From Gaiellales bacterium (GTDB lineage: Bacteria; Actinomycetota; Thermoleophilia; BMS3ABIN01), in contig QZKG01000047.1 of NCBI GenBank assembly GCA_003599855.1, positions 1,037-65,036 of the forward strand: a stretch of DNA of 64,000 nt, read 5' to 3'. The notes beneath the pieces were generated by a model, which was not told where the DNA came from, searched no databases, and saw only the letters and a program-made list of their open reading frames with translations. Within the stretch, counting starts at the first letter, position 1; the number at the start of each line of letters is the position of its first letter. Made by a program: the position numbers and the translations under genes. Below, one piece after another: positions 8,978 to 18,916 of the stretch.

Positions 8978-10624
8978 TCAACCGCTGAACCGGTAGACCC
9001 GCCACTCCCCGTCCCCTTCCCCTGCCACATCCGTCAGCTCCCACTCGGGATGGCCGCCGTCCTCCAGCAGCCTCGCCATCGGCGTCCGCCAGTAACTGAT
9101 GTCGTTGCCCCCGACCACTAGTAAGTCGACCCCCTGGGCGCGGGCATACTCCGTGACGCGGTCATAATCATCATAGGGGAACAGGACCGCCTCGCCGCCG
9201 GCGTAGTAAGCCGTTGAGAACTCTCGGCTCATCACGCGCTGACCCGGACCGTAAGCCCGTTCGATCCTTTCCCCCACCTCGCGCGCGGCCAGGGGATAGC
9301 TGTCGCGCGCGAAACGGAGTGGCGTCGCCAGCAGCAGGGGCAGTGTGACGGCCAGGGCGACCAGCGCCGGGGCGGCCCCCAGCAGACGCTCCCGCCGCCG
9401 CCCTTCGAGATTCAGGCCCAGCGTCTCCCGGCTCCAATCCTCCAGCCGCAGCCACCCCTGGGCAGCCCAGATCATGAGCAGCGGCGTGTAGGGGATGAAA
9501 TAGCGGGGCACGGCGTCGATGAAGAACAGCATCAGCGCCGGCGACATCATCAACAGGAGGAAGCCCGCGCCCGCCGCCTGCCTGCGGCTCCAGCCAGCCG
9601 AGAAGAGGCCGAGCGCCACGAGCGGCAGCAGCCAGCGGGGGAAGACCTGCTCGAGCTGTTCATCGTAGAAGATGTCGGCCTGCTGCAGGAACGTGCGGGC
9701 GGACCTCTCCGGGTCCTCCAGCAGATAGAGCGCCGGGCCGGGATAGTCATCCCCCAGGTCGTTCACATATACTTCGTCACCGCCGGCGCTCACCGCCATG
9801 AAACGCTGGTCCCAGCCGATGGTGCCGCCGCGCACCGACTCGCCGGCGCTGTAGACCAGCACCGGGTTCTTGCCGCTCACGTTCCAGCCCCCCATCTCAC
9901 TGTGCAGGTACAGGACCAGCGGCGCCGCATAGACCGAGAAACTGATCAGGAAGACCGCCAGCGCCCGGACCATGTGCCCCCAGACGCCGCGCCTGAGCGC
10001 GGTGAAGAGAGCCACCAGCACGAAGAGGGCCAGGTAGATGAGGGCGGTGGGGTTCACCAGGTAAGCGAAGCCGAGGGCTGAGCCGGCCAGGATGCTGCAG
10101 GGCACCCGGCAGCCGCGCACCATATGCCGGGAGAAGAGGATGGCCAGCAGCACGAAGAACATGAACATGCTCTCGCTGTAAAGCTGCGTCGACAGGTCGA
10201 CGAGATACGGGTCCACGGCCACGAGGGCGGCGGCCATCAGCCCGACCTTCTCCCCCACCAGCTCCTTGCCCAGCAGGTAGACGGGCACGAGCAGCAGCAC
10301 GCCGAAGGTAACCGTGACGATATAGCCCGAGAGGACGTAGTCCTGGAACACCGCCGCCAGCCCGGCGATGAAGAAGGGGAAGGTGGGCAGGAAGTTGGTG
10401 CTGGTGACGCCGGTGATGTCCCGCGGCCCGTACCCGCCCGCCAGCGACTCGGCCATGTGGGCATAGACCGTCTGGTCGAGCTGGATCATCTCCCGCGCCA
10501 GCACCGAGACCACCCTGAGGACGAGCGCCAGGGCCATGAGCAGGTAGAGGACCCGGCGTGGTGTCAGGGCTGCTGCCCCTTTCCGGAAAACGCTGATCGC
10601 CGCACCTCGCTTCCCAAGGGTCAT
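8978..10624 (-). CDS. GT39/ArnT-PMT-like (GT-C) membrane glycosyltransferase, second copy
   Basis: QLDQTVYAHMAESL, LYSES, multi-TM. Closely similar to 2694-4394. Confidence 0.8.
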   Translation of the reverse strand: MTLGKRGAAISVFRKGAAALTPRRVLYLLMALALVLRVVSVLAREMIQLDQTVYAHMAESLAGGYGPRDITGVTSTNFLPTFPFFIAGLAAVFQDYVLSGYIVTVTFGVLLLVPVYLLGKELVGEKVGLMAAALVAVDPYLVDLSTQLYSESMFMFFVLLAILFSRHMVRGCRVPCSILAGSALGFAYLVNPTALIYLALFVLVALFTALRRGVWGHMVRALAVFLISFSVYAAPLVLYLHSEMGGWNVSGKNPVLVYSAGESVRGGTIGWDQRFMAVSAGGDEVYVNDLGDDYPGPALYLLEDPERSARTFLQQADIFYDEQLEQVFPRWLLPLVALGLFSAGWSRRQAAGAGFLLLMMSPALMLFFIDAVPRYFIPYTPLLMIWAAQGWLRLEDWSRETLGLNLEGRRRERLLGAAPALVALAVTLPLLLATPLRFARDSYPLAAREVGERIERAYGPGQRVMSREFSTAYYAGGEAVLFPYDDYDRVTEYARAQGVDLLVVGGNDISYWRTPMARLLEDGGHPEWELTDVAGEGDGEWRVYRFSG

Positions 10625-10692
10625 TCACGGGACAGGGACTTTTTCGGCGGCGGCGGGACGTACCCCTGCACCGGCGCCGACCGAAGCGGCCG

Positions 10693-11427
10693 CTACCGGT
10701 AGACAGCGGCAGAATTCACGAAACCAGCTATCCCGGAGACGAACGCCTCCCGCTGCCTGCTGCCTCGCAGCACGCTGGAGATCTCGCCGCGGACCGGGCT
10801 GTCGGTGACCAGCAGCGCCAGCGTCGTCCTGACGCCCAGGAAGTTGCCCAGCGAGAACAGGGCCGATGCCTCCAGTTCGACGCCGAGGTATCCCTCCACG
10901 CCCCAGGCGGCGATGGCCTCATCGGTCTCCCGGAAGGCGGCCCCGGTGGTGACCACCGGGCCCTGGTGCACCGGCAGCTCCCGCCCGCGCATGAAGGATG
11001 CCAGGTTGTCCGTGAGCGCCGCGTCGCCCTGGACCTGCTCGCCGTGCGGGGCGCCGTAATGGGGCGAGAGGCACTCGCCCGCCAGGGAGGCCCCGGCGAC
11101 TATGATATCGCCGCACTCGATCTCCGGCTGCAGGGCGCCGCAGGAACCGATGCCGATGACCGTATCGATCCTGGTGTAGGCGAGGCTCCGCATCACGGCT
11201 TCGAGGATGACGGTTCCCGGCGGGACGCGCATGTAGCCTATCTTGACGCCGTCGATGTAGCCGGAATACAGCGAGCCGTGGTGCTCGTGGCGGTCAAGCC
11301 TGGAACTGATAAAGTCTTCCCCGAGGGCGAGCAGGAGGACGCGGGGCGTGAAATCGTGGGGGTCCGAGCCCTGGAAGACCCAGCGCTCGGCGACGAAGCG
11401 GACGAACTTTTGTTCCCAGGTTGTCAT
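10693..11427 (-). CDS. Nucleoside phosphorylase family (PNP/UDP) protein
   Basis: GIGSCGAL..GDII, VVTTGAAFRET, GVELEASAL, LVTD. Confidence 0.8.
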   Translation of the reverse strand: MTTWEQKFVRFVAERWVFQGSDPHDFTPRVLLLALGEDFISSRLDRHEHHGSLYSGYIDGVKIGYMRVPPGTVILEAVMRSLAYTRIDTVIGIGSCGALQPEIECGDIIVAGASLAGECLSPHYGAPHGEQVQGDAALTDNLASFMRGRELPVHQGPVVTTGAAFRETDEAIAAWGVEGYLGVELEASALFSLGNFLGVRTTLALLVTDSPVRGEISSVLRGSRQREAFVSGIAGFVNSAAVYR

Positions 11428-11513
11428 GCGGCTCTCGGCAGGCTCCCAAAGCTTCCATTCACACGGGATGACCGATACTATACCAGAAATGCCGTCCCCC
11501 CACCGAGACTAGG

Positions 11514-12983
11514 ATGAAGAGCATCAGCCGCGTGCCGCTGAACGCAATCCTGATGAGCTCATCGCAGCTGATCAGGGCCGCCATCGGCTTCATCTTTTTC
11601 ATCTTCCTGGCCCAGCGCCTCGGGCCCACCGACTTCGGCAGGTACATGTTCGCCTTCGCCCTGGCGGAGATCTTCTCCATATTCGGCGACTTCGGGCTGC
11701 ACGAGTATTCCATCCGCGAGATCGCCCGCCGGCCGGAGGACCTGCCGCGCCGCCTGCCGGGGCTCCTGGTCCTCAAGACGCTGCTGTCCTCCTCCTCGGC
11801 CGTCATCATGCTGGCCATCCTGCCGCTGATGGGCAAGGACGAGGCCACTTCCCTGGCCGTGGCCGCCTTCGCCCTGGCCCAGATCGGCTACTCCTGGTTC
11901 TATGCCTCGACGGTGGCCTTCGCCGCGCGCCAGGACCTCCACCTGCAGGCGTTCCTCTGGCTCCTGGAGAAGGCCCTCTTCGCCGCGGCGGGGGCCTCCC
12001 TGCTGCTGGCCGGCCGCGGCCTGGTGGCCGTGGCGCTCAGCAACACCGCCGTCCAGTTCGCCGGCGGCGCCCTGGCGGTCCTGATCGCCTGGCGCCGCTA
12101 CGGTCCGCTGGCCCGCTCCCTGGCCGCCTCCGACTGGGTACCCTGGCTCAGGGCCGCCCTCCCCTTCGGCCTCATCGTCGCCTTCTACCTGGTCTACTTC
12201 CGCATCGACAGCGTCATGATCTCCTTCATCCGCGGCGACGTCGAAGTGGGGCAGTACAACGCCGCCTACAACATCATCTCGGCGCTCCTCATCATACCCG
12301 CGGGACTGGTGGCCGCCCTCTTCCCCAAGCTGGCGGGGATGTTCGACTCCCCCGGCGACGACATAGACGCTCCCTTCCAGAAGGCGGCCCGCTGGCTCAT
12401 AGCCATCTCACTGCCGCTGGCGGTGGGCGGGTGGCTGCTGGCGCGGCCGCTGATCGAGTTGCTGCTGGGGCAGGATTACCTGCCCGCGGTGAACGCCCTC
12501 GCGGTGCTGTCATGGACCCTGCCGGTCTGGTTCGTCACCTTCCTCCAGGGGAACCTGCTGACCATCATCGAGCGCCAGAAGGCGGTCGCCGCCGTGGGCT
12601 TCATCAACATGACCGCCAACGTCGTCCTCAACCTGCTGGTCATCCCGCGCTACGGCTTCACCGGCGCCGCCGTGACCACCCTCGTCACGGAGGCCATCGG
12701 CCTCATGCAGATGTTCTACCTGCTGCGCCGCAACATATCTTTCAGGAGCACCGCCGCGACAGCCCTCAGGGTGGCCCTGGTGAGCGCGGGACTGGGCCTG
12801 GCGGTATTCCTGCTGAGGGGCAGCCTGCCGGTGCTGGCGGTCATCGCTGTCACGGCCGCGGGCTACGGCGCCGCCGTCGTGGGACTGGGGATCATCCCCG
12901 CCAGGGAGATCAGGGGGATCTTCCGCCGGGAGCCCGAAACGCTGGAAGCCTCCGGCATCGGGCCGCTCGACCCCGGCCCCTGA
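11514..12983 (+). CDS. Wzx-type oligosaccharide flippase
   Basis: LGPTDFG, DFGL, RIDSVMI, VGQYNAAY, LIPRYGFTGAAVTTL; many TM helices. Confidence 0.92.
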   Translation: MKSISRVPLNAILMSSSQLIRAAIGFIFFIFLAQRLGPTDFGRYMFAFALAEIFSIFGDFGLHEYSIREIARRPEDLPRRLPGLLVLKTLLSSSSAVIMLAILPLMGKDEATSLAVAAFALAQIGYSWFYASTVAFAARQDLHLQAFLWLLEKALFAAAGASLLLAGRGLVAVALSNTAVQFAGGALAVLIAWRRYGPLARSLAASDWVPWLRAALPFGLIVAFYLVYFRIDSVMISFIRGDVEVGQYNAAYNIISALLIIPAGLVAALFPKLAGMFDSPGDDIDAPFQKAARWLIAISLPLAVGGWLLARPLIELLLGQDYLPAVNALAVLSWTLPVWFVTFLQGNLLTIIERQKAVAAVGFINMTANVVLNLLVIPRYGFTGAAVTTLVTEAIGLMQMFYLLRRNISFRSTAATALRVALVSAGLGLAVFLLRGSLPVLAVIAVTAAGYGAAVVGLGIIPAREIRGIFRREPETLEASGIGPLDPGP

Positions 12984-13946
12984 TCAGTTGCCCAGCACCA
13001 GGAACACGGTCGAGCCCCACTCCCGGGGCAGGAGCGGGTTGAGGGCCCGCGCCAGCGCCCCCGTGGCCAGGCTCGCCGCCTGGTAGAGGCGGGCGTGGCG
13101 CACGCAGGCGTTCCCGAAGGCAGCGAAGGCTTTCAGCGTCGGCGACGAGCGCGCATATTCGGGGCCGAGGCGCTTGGCATATTCCTCAGGCGGGAAGATG
13201 CCGGCGCGGAAGAACGTCCACGACCTCTCCACCGTGAAACCGGCGGCGCGGAAACGCGCCTCCGTCTGCGAAGGCAGCTCCAGGCCGTAGTGTCCGTCCA
13301 GCTCGATGAAGTAGCGCTGGAACAGCTCGGCGTCCCGGCGCACGAGCCGGTAGAAGGGGGCCGTGCAGTGGGCCTCGACGATGTGCAGCATGCTGCCGCC
13401 GGGCTTGAGCACCCGCTTCCACTCGGCCAGCACCGCCTCCTTGGCGTCGAAAGGGATATGGCCGAAGAAATCCCAGGAATGGATGACGTCGAAGGTGTCG
13501 TCGGCGAAGGGCAACGCCAGAGCGTCAGCTGCGGCCACCGCTTCGTATATCCCGCCGGCGCCCGCCAGCCCCTCCAGGGACAGGTCGATCCCCACGGTGC
13601 GGAAGGGGGCAAGCAGTTCGCTGCCGCCGCCGCAGCCTACATCCAGGACCAGGGTCGCGGCCGGGTCGAAGCGGTTGAGGAAGTCACGGGTGAACCGGTG
13701 CTTGACGGTGTTCGAGGCCAGGCGGTCCCTGAGCGCCTTGAGTGTCCGGGCCAGGCCCTGGCGGCGGGCGACGCCGTCCTCCACCGGGGCGGCGAAACGG
13801 CCCTCATAGAACTCGTCGTGGCCGCTGAAGCAGGGGATGCCCTCCCGGACCTCCCAGGAGCGGCCGCAGCCGCATCTGAGCGCCCCCTCCCCTGCCGCCA
13901 GCCTGCCGCGGCACGCAGGGCAGCGGAATATCTCCCGGGTTTCCAT
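12984..13946 (-). CDS. Class I SAM-dependent methyltransferase with N-terminal Trm112-like Zn finger
   Basis: CPAC..CGC..GIP N-terminus; VLDVGCGGG, LPFADDTFD, RVLKPGG. Confidence 0.85.
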   Translation of the reverse strand: METREIFRCPACRGRLAAGEGALRCGCGRSWEVREGIPCFSGHDEFYEGRFAAPVEDGVARRQGLARTLKALRDRLASNTVKHRFTRDFLNRFDPAATLVLDVGCGGGSELLAPFRTVGIDLSLEGLAGAGGIYEAVAAADALALPFADDTFDVIHSWDFFGHIPFDAKEAVLAEWKRVLKPGGSMLHIVEAHCTAPFYRLVRRDAELFQRYFIELDGHYGLELPSQTEARFRAAGFTVERSWTFFRAGIFPPEEYAKRLGPEYARSSPTLKAFAAFGNACVRHARLYQAASLATGALARALNPLLPREWGSTVFLVLGN

Positions 13947-13953
13947 GCGGAAG

Positions 13954-15081
13954 CTAACGCCCGCGGGAGCCTTTTTTCCTGCCGGCCCCTTCCATCTTCC
14001 CGGCGACGAAGGCGGCTATCTCCTGCTTGAAGCGCTCGCGGGAGAACTTCTCCGCATGCCTGCTGATCTTCCTCGCATCGAAGCTGCCCATGGAGAAGCG
14101 GGACACTGCTTCGATGAGGGACTCGGCGGTGGGCTCTTCGAAGAAGAGGCCGGTGCGCCCTTCAACCACGCTCTCGGTCAGGCCGCCGCGGCCGAAGCCG
14201 ATCACAGGCCGGCCCGCGGCCATGGCCTCCACCGGCACGATGCCGAAATCCTCCTCGCCGGGGAACACCAGCGCCAGGCAGCCGGCCAGCAGCTCCTGGA
14301 TCTGCTCGTCCCCGACATAGCCGAGGAACTCGATGTTCGGACCGGCGGCCTGGCGCAGCCGCTCCCGCTCCGGTCCGTCGCCGGCGACCTTGAGCGGCAG
14401 CCCCAGCCGGGTAAAGGCTTCCACCGCGAGCTCCACGCGCTTGTATGACACCAGCCGCGAGATGACCAGGAAGTATGTGCGCGGCGCATCCGCCGGGCTG
14501 AACCGGTCGACGTCCACCGGTGGGTGGATCACCGCCGCCTCGCGCCGGTAATACTTGGCGATCTTGGCGGCGACGTTGCTGGAATTGGCTATGAAATGAT
14601 CGACCCGGTCGGCCGCCTGGCGGTCCCAAAGCCGCAGGTAGTGCAGCACCAGGTCATTGCCCGCCTTCACCAGCGGCCGGGAGAAGCGGAAGCGCTGGTC
14701 GAGGTATGGCTCCCAGGCGTAGCGCAGGGGCGTATGGCAGTAGCAGACGTGCGTCGTGCCGGGGCCGGTGAGGATGCCCTTGGCACAGGCGGAGCTGGAG
14801 GAGATCACCAGGTCGTAGGAAGAGAAATCAAAGGACTCGAAGGCCAGCGGGAACAGCGGGATGTACCGCTGGGCGACCCTGTCCAGGTACGGCAGCTTCT
14901 GCACGAACGAGGTCCGCACGTCCCAGGACGCCACCGTCTCCGGCAGGTTCACGCTGGACATGAAGCTCGTGTAGACGGGGGCGCCGGGGTAGATGTCCAG
15001 GAGCGCTTCCACCACGCGCTCGGAACCGCCCAGCGTCGTCAGCCATTCGTGTGAGATCGCTACCCGCAGTTCCTTTTTCAC
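13954..15081 (-). CDS. GT4 glycosyltransferase
   Basis: HEWLTTLGGSERV, YCHTPLRYAW, EEDFGIVPVEAMAAG. Start set at GTG 15081 after GGTGAGG. Confidence 0.92.
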   Translation of the reverse strand: MKKELRVAISHEWLTTLGGSERVVEALLDIYPGAPVYTSFMSSVNLPETVASWDVRTSFVQKLPYLDRVAQRYIPLFPLAFESFDFSSYDLVISSSSACAKGILTGPGTTHVCYCHTPLRYAWEPYLDQRFRFSRPLVKAGNDLVLHYLRLWDRQAADRVDHFIANSSNVAAKIAKYYRREAAVIHPPVDVDRFSPADAPRTYFLVISRLVSYKRVELAVEAFTRLGLPLKVAGDGPERERLRQAAGPNIEFLGYVGDEQIQELLAGCLALVFPGEEDFGIVPVEAMAAGRPVIGFGRGGLTESVVEGRTGLFFEEPTAESLIEAVSRFSMGSFDARKISRHAEKFSRERFKQEIAAFVAGKMEGAGRKKGSRGR

Positions 15082-15193
15082 GTCCGCCTCACCCGGCACC
15101 TCCGGCGCAGCCTGCGTCGCTGCCGCAGCAGCGGCAGCCAATTGAGAATAACCGGCAAAAAGCATATACTTTTTTTAACCTATATTCAGCCAA

Positions 15194-16180
15194 ATGAAGC
15201 CCTCCACGGACCCCAAACAGGACATCTCCGGCGCCACTGCCACGGTCGCAGACGACCGCGGCCGGACAGTCGACGAAGCGATCATCCGGTCGCTCTGCTA
15301 CTCGGACATCTTCAGCTACCCCCTGCGGGTCGAGGAGATCGTCCGCTACGTCACCGGCGTCAAGATGACTATCGACGAGGCGGCCGAGAGGTTAAGGGCG
15401 AGCGAGCCGCTCATGGCGCTGGTGAGGACGGACGGCGAGTTCTATTTCCTCGAAGGGCGCGAAGCGAACTGCCAGCTGCGCAAGGACCGCGAGGCCGAGT
15501 CGCGCCAGCAGCTGGCCATCTCCCAGCGGCGCCTCGTCCCCCTGCAGGGCATCCCCTTCCTGAGGATGGCCGCCGTGACCGGCGCCCTGGCGGCGCTCAA
15601 CGCCCCCGCCGGCGACGACGTCGACCTGCTCATCGTCAGCTCGCGCAAGCGCACCTGGACGACCTACTTCTTCCTGCGCCTGTGGCGCCGCTTCGGCCAC
15701 AACCCGGACTTCTGCTTCAACGTCTTCCTCTCCGAGGGCGACCTGGTGTTCCGCAAGGAGAACTTCTTCTACGCCCGCGAGATCCTGGGAGCCCTGCCGA
15801 TCTACAACACCGGCTCGTTCGAGCGCTTCCTGGACGCCAATCCCTGGATCTACGACGTCTTCCCCTCTTACGACCGCGGCCGCGACCGGCAGATGTACCA
15901 CATCCCCAGGAGCCCGCGCTGGGTCAGGAGGCAGCGGCTGCTGGAGAAGCTGCTGGCGGGCATCCCCGGCGACCTCTTCGAGTTCACCATCCGCACCATC
16001 CAGACCCGGCGGCTCGACTCCTCATCCCCAGGCGCCGCGATGAGCATGCGCCGCAACCGCATCAAGCTGCACAAGCGCGACAACCGCTCGCCCATCATGG
16101 TCAAGTTCGATGAACGGGTGGAAGAATGGACCCGCCGCTACCGCGAGCTCGCCGTTCCGGCCATCAGGCCCGTGGAGTAA
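15194..16180 (+). CDS. Putative Pol-beta-like nucleotidyltransferase-domain protein
   Basis: N-terminal YSDIFSYPL..EE motif and AVTGALA..GDDVDLLIV (G-[GS/A]...DxD signature). Confidence 0.65.
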   Translation: MKPSTDPKQDISGATATVADDRGRTVDEAIIRSLCYSDIFSYPLRVEEIVRYVTGVKMTIDEAAERLRASEPLMALVRTDGEFYFLEGREANCQLRKDREAESRQQLAISQRRLVPLQGIPFLRMAAVTGALAALNAPAGDDVDLLIVSSRKRTWTTYFFLRLWRRFGHNPDFCFNVFLSEGDLVFRKENFFYAREILGALPIYNTGSFERFLDANPWIYDVFPSYDRGRDRQMYHIPRSPRWVRRQRLLEKLLAGIPGDLFEFTIRTIQTRRLDSSSPGAAMSMRRNRIKLHKRDNRSPIMVKFDERVEEWTRRYRELAVPAIRPVE

Positions 16181-16228
16181 GCGACCGGCTGTCCCGCAAC
16201 ATCGGGCCGCCGCCGCGACAGGGCGGGG

Positions 16229-17647
16229 TCAGGCGTTGCGGTCGAAGAAGGCGAACAGCGTCCTCAGCAGGATCTTGATGTCGAACCACGGGTTCCAGTT
16301 CTCGATGTAGTAGATGTCGTATTCCACGCGCTCACCGATGTCGGTGTCGCCCCTGAGCCCGTTTATCTGCGCCCAGCCGGTCAGCCCCGGCCGCACCCGG
16401 TGCCTGGCCGCATAGGAGGGAATGCTCTCCTTGAAGGACTCCACATGCGCCGGACGCTCCGGACGCGGCCCCACCAGGCTCATGTCACCCCTGATCACGT
16501 TCACCAGCTGGGGCAACTCGTCGATGCCCAGGGGCCGGATGATCCGGCCGACCCTGGTGCGGCGCACGTCCCTGGCCGTCGACCAGCCGGCCTCGCCCCT
16601 CTCCGCGTCCCGCCGCATGGAGCGGAACTTGAGCATCCTGAAGGGGCGCTCGTTCTTGCCGAGCCTGACCTGCTGGTAAAAGATCGGACCCGGTGAATCG
16701 ATCCGGATGGACACCATGGTCAACAGCATCACCGGCGCGGCCACAACCAGGGTGAAAAGTGAGATCGTGATGTCCATGGCCCGCTTGAACAACGCCTGCA
16801 GCCCCGTGATGGCGCCGCGCTTGAGGCCGATCACCGGCAGGCCGCGGATGTGCTCCACGCCCACGCGGTCGGAGAAGACCTCGTAAAGCCTGGGCACCAC
16901 GGTGAACTCGACGCCATAGGGCCGGCACCGCTCCATGAGGTTCACCGTCTGGTCGTGGCGGTCACGCGAAAAAGCCACGATCATGTGCTGGATCCTGTAC
17001 GTCTCCAGGACGGATTCGAGCTGGTCGTAATCATCGAACACGCGGTACTCGCCCTCGTGAACGACACGCCTGGAAGGTTTCTGGTCGAGGAAGCCGACGA
17101 ACTTAAGCCCAAGGCTGGTGTCGTTCTGGATCTTGCGCACGCACGAGAGGCCGACGCTGCCGGCCCCCAGCACCAGCGTCCGCTTCATGTACCAGCCGTG
17201 GCGGCGGCCCAGCTTCTGCAGGTGATAGACGATGAAACGCATGAGCGAGACGCAGACGATCATCAGCAGCCATGACAGTACGATCACGTTACGTGAATAG
17301 TGCACCGGGGGGAAGATGACGATGGTGGTGGAAAGCAGTACCATCGAACCGAGCGTCACCGCCGAGATGATATGTGGCAGGATCTCCAGCAGGCTGAGGT
17401 TGAGGCGGAACCGGTAGAGGCCGAAGAGCTTGAACAGCAGCCAGTAGAACGGGAGGATGACGAAAGCCACCGCCAGGTAGAACTCCGCCGACGGTGAGGG
17501 GCTGCCGGTCTCCTCGATCCAGAAACCAAGCTGGAAATAAGCCAGGAACGCCAGCCGGTAAGCCAGCACGACCCCCAGCAGGTCTCCGATTACGAGTGAT
17601 GCATGCGCGAAACGGTGGGATGTGAAAAATCTCTTGGCTTTTTTCAC
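16229..17647 (-). CDS. Polyprenyl-phosphate glycosylphosphotransferase (priming GT, WcaJ/WbaP family)
   Basis: 4 N-terminal TM; KRAMDI, KFRSM, DELPQLVNVIRGDMSLVGPRPERP, PGLTGWAQING, DIYYIENW. Confidence 0.95.
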   Translation of the reverse strand: MKKAKRFFTSHRFAHASLVIGDLLGVVLAYRLAFLAYFQLGFWIEETGSPSPSAEFYLAVAFVILPFYWLLFKLFGLYRFRLNLSLLEILPHIISAVTLGSMVLLSTTIVIFPPVHYSRNVIVLSWLLMIVCVSLMRFIVYHLQKLGRRHGWYMKRTLVLGAGSVGLSCVRKIQNDTSLGLKFVGFLDQKPSRRVVHEGEYRVFDDYDQLESVLETYRIQHMIVAFSRDRHDQTVNLMERCRPYGVEFTVVPRLYEVFSDRVGVEHIRGLPVIGLKRGAITGLQALFKRAMDITISLFTLVVAAPVMLLTMVSIRIDSPGPIFYQQVRLGKNERPFRMLKFRSMRRDAERGEAGWSTARDVRRTRVGRIIRPLGIDELPQLVNVIRGDMSLVGPRPERPAHVESFKESIPSYAARHRVRPGLTGWAQINGLRGDTDIGERVEYDIYYIENWNPWFDIKILLRTLFAFFDRNA

Positions 17648-17752
17648 TGTCTCATTACCTTACCCGTAATATTTTAGAACTTTTGCAGCCGCTTTGCAGG
17701 TCAGGGCCTTTTTCTTTGTCGGAAGCGCCAGGCCGGTGCTAAAATCAGGCCC

Positions 17753-18913
17753 ATGCTCCACATCGGAATCAACGGAAGGTCGCTCTTCCGCCTCATGACC
17801 GGCGTCCAGCGCTATGCCTTCGAGGTCACCCGTGAACTCGCCGGCATGGCCGGCGACGACTTGCGTGTCAGCGTCTTTGCCGGGCGCGAGGGACGCGGGG
17901 ACCGGTCGGGCCTGCCCCTCAGGCCGGGGCTGCTGCCGGCTGGCGGCGGGGCCAAAGGACTGCTGTGGGAACAGGCCGTGCTCAGGCGCATGGCGGCGCG
18001 TGCGGGCGTCGACGTGCTGTTCAATCCCGGCAACGTGGCCCCCGTCGCCCTGCGCATCCCGCAGGTGGTGACCATCCATGACCTCGCTTTCATGGTATAC
18101 CCGCAGTTCTTCTCCCACAGCTTCGCTTCCTGGTATCGCTTTGTCATTCCCCGGGTAGCCCGGGAATCCTCGGCGGTCATCGCCGTCTCGGAGAACACCA
18201 GGTCGGACCTCGTCGCCATCCTGGACATCGACCCCAGCCGGATCGCTGTGATCCCGCCGGCCGCTTCGCGCAGCTTCTCGCAGCCTGTCAAGAGGGAGGA
18301 GATCGAGCGGGTACGCACGCTCTACAAACTGCCGCAGCGCTTCTTCCTCTCCGTCTCCAGCCTCGAGCCGCGCAAGAACCTCAGACGCCTGATCCAGGCC
18401 TATCGGATCCTGCCTGACCCTGTCACTGAGGAGCACGGTCTGGTGCTGGTGGGCGCCGGCAACCGCGTCTTCGCTGACCCGGACATCGCGGCGATCCTGC
18501 GGCGGGACGGCCGGGGCTCGGTGGTATCCCCGGGTTACATACCCGCAGAGGACCTCCCGGCGATCTACCGCATGGCGACGGCGCTGGTCTTCCCCTCTCT
18601 CTACGAGGGCTTCGGCCTGCCCGTGGTGGAAGCGATGGCCGCGTCGACGCCGGTGATCACCTCTAACCGCTCATCCCTGCCCGAGGTCGCCGGCAAGGCG
18701 GCGGTGCTGATCGATCCGGAGAGCATCGAGGAACTGGCGGCGGCCATGGAGCTCATGGCCACCAATTCGGGCACCAGGAACCTGCTGGTGGAGCGCGGGA
18801 AGCTGAGGGCGGCCAGGTTCACCTGGGAGCGCACCGGGCGGGAAGTGCTCGGCGTCCTCAGGGCCGTTGCCTCGGGCGAGCCACTCCCGGCGCCCGGACC
18901 GCCCGGCGCCTGA
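17753..18913 (+). CDS. GT4 glycosyltransferase
   Basis: [34 protein letters not shown]. Confidence 0.92.
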   Translation: MLHIGINGRSLFRLMTGVQRYAFEVTRELAGMAGDDLRVSVFAGREGRGDRSGLPLRPGLLPAGGGAKGLLWEQAVLRRMAARAGVDVLFNPGNVAPVALRIPQVVTIHDLAFMVYPQFFSHSFASWYRFVIPRVARESSAVIAVSENTRSDLVAILDIDPSRIAVIPPAASRSFSQPVKREEIERVRTLYKLPQRFFLSVSSLEPRKNLRRLIQAYRILPDPVTEEHGLVLVGAGNRVFADPDIAAILRRDGRGSVVSPGYIPAEDLPAIYRMATALVFPSLYEGFGLPVVEAMAASTPVITSNRSSLPEVAGKAAVLIDPESIEELAAAMELMATNSGTRNLLVERGKLRAARFTWERTGREVLGVLRAVASGEPLPAPGPPGA

Positions 18914-18916
18914 AGC

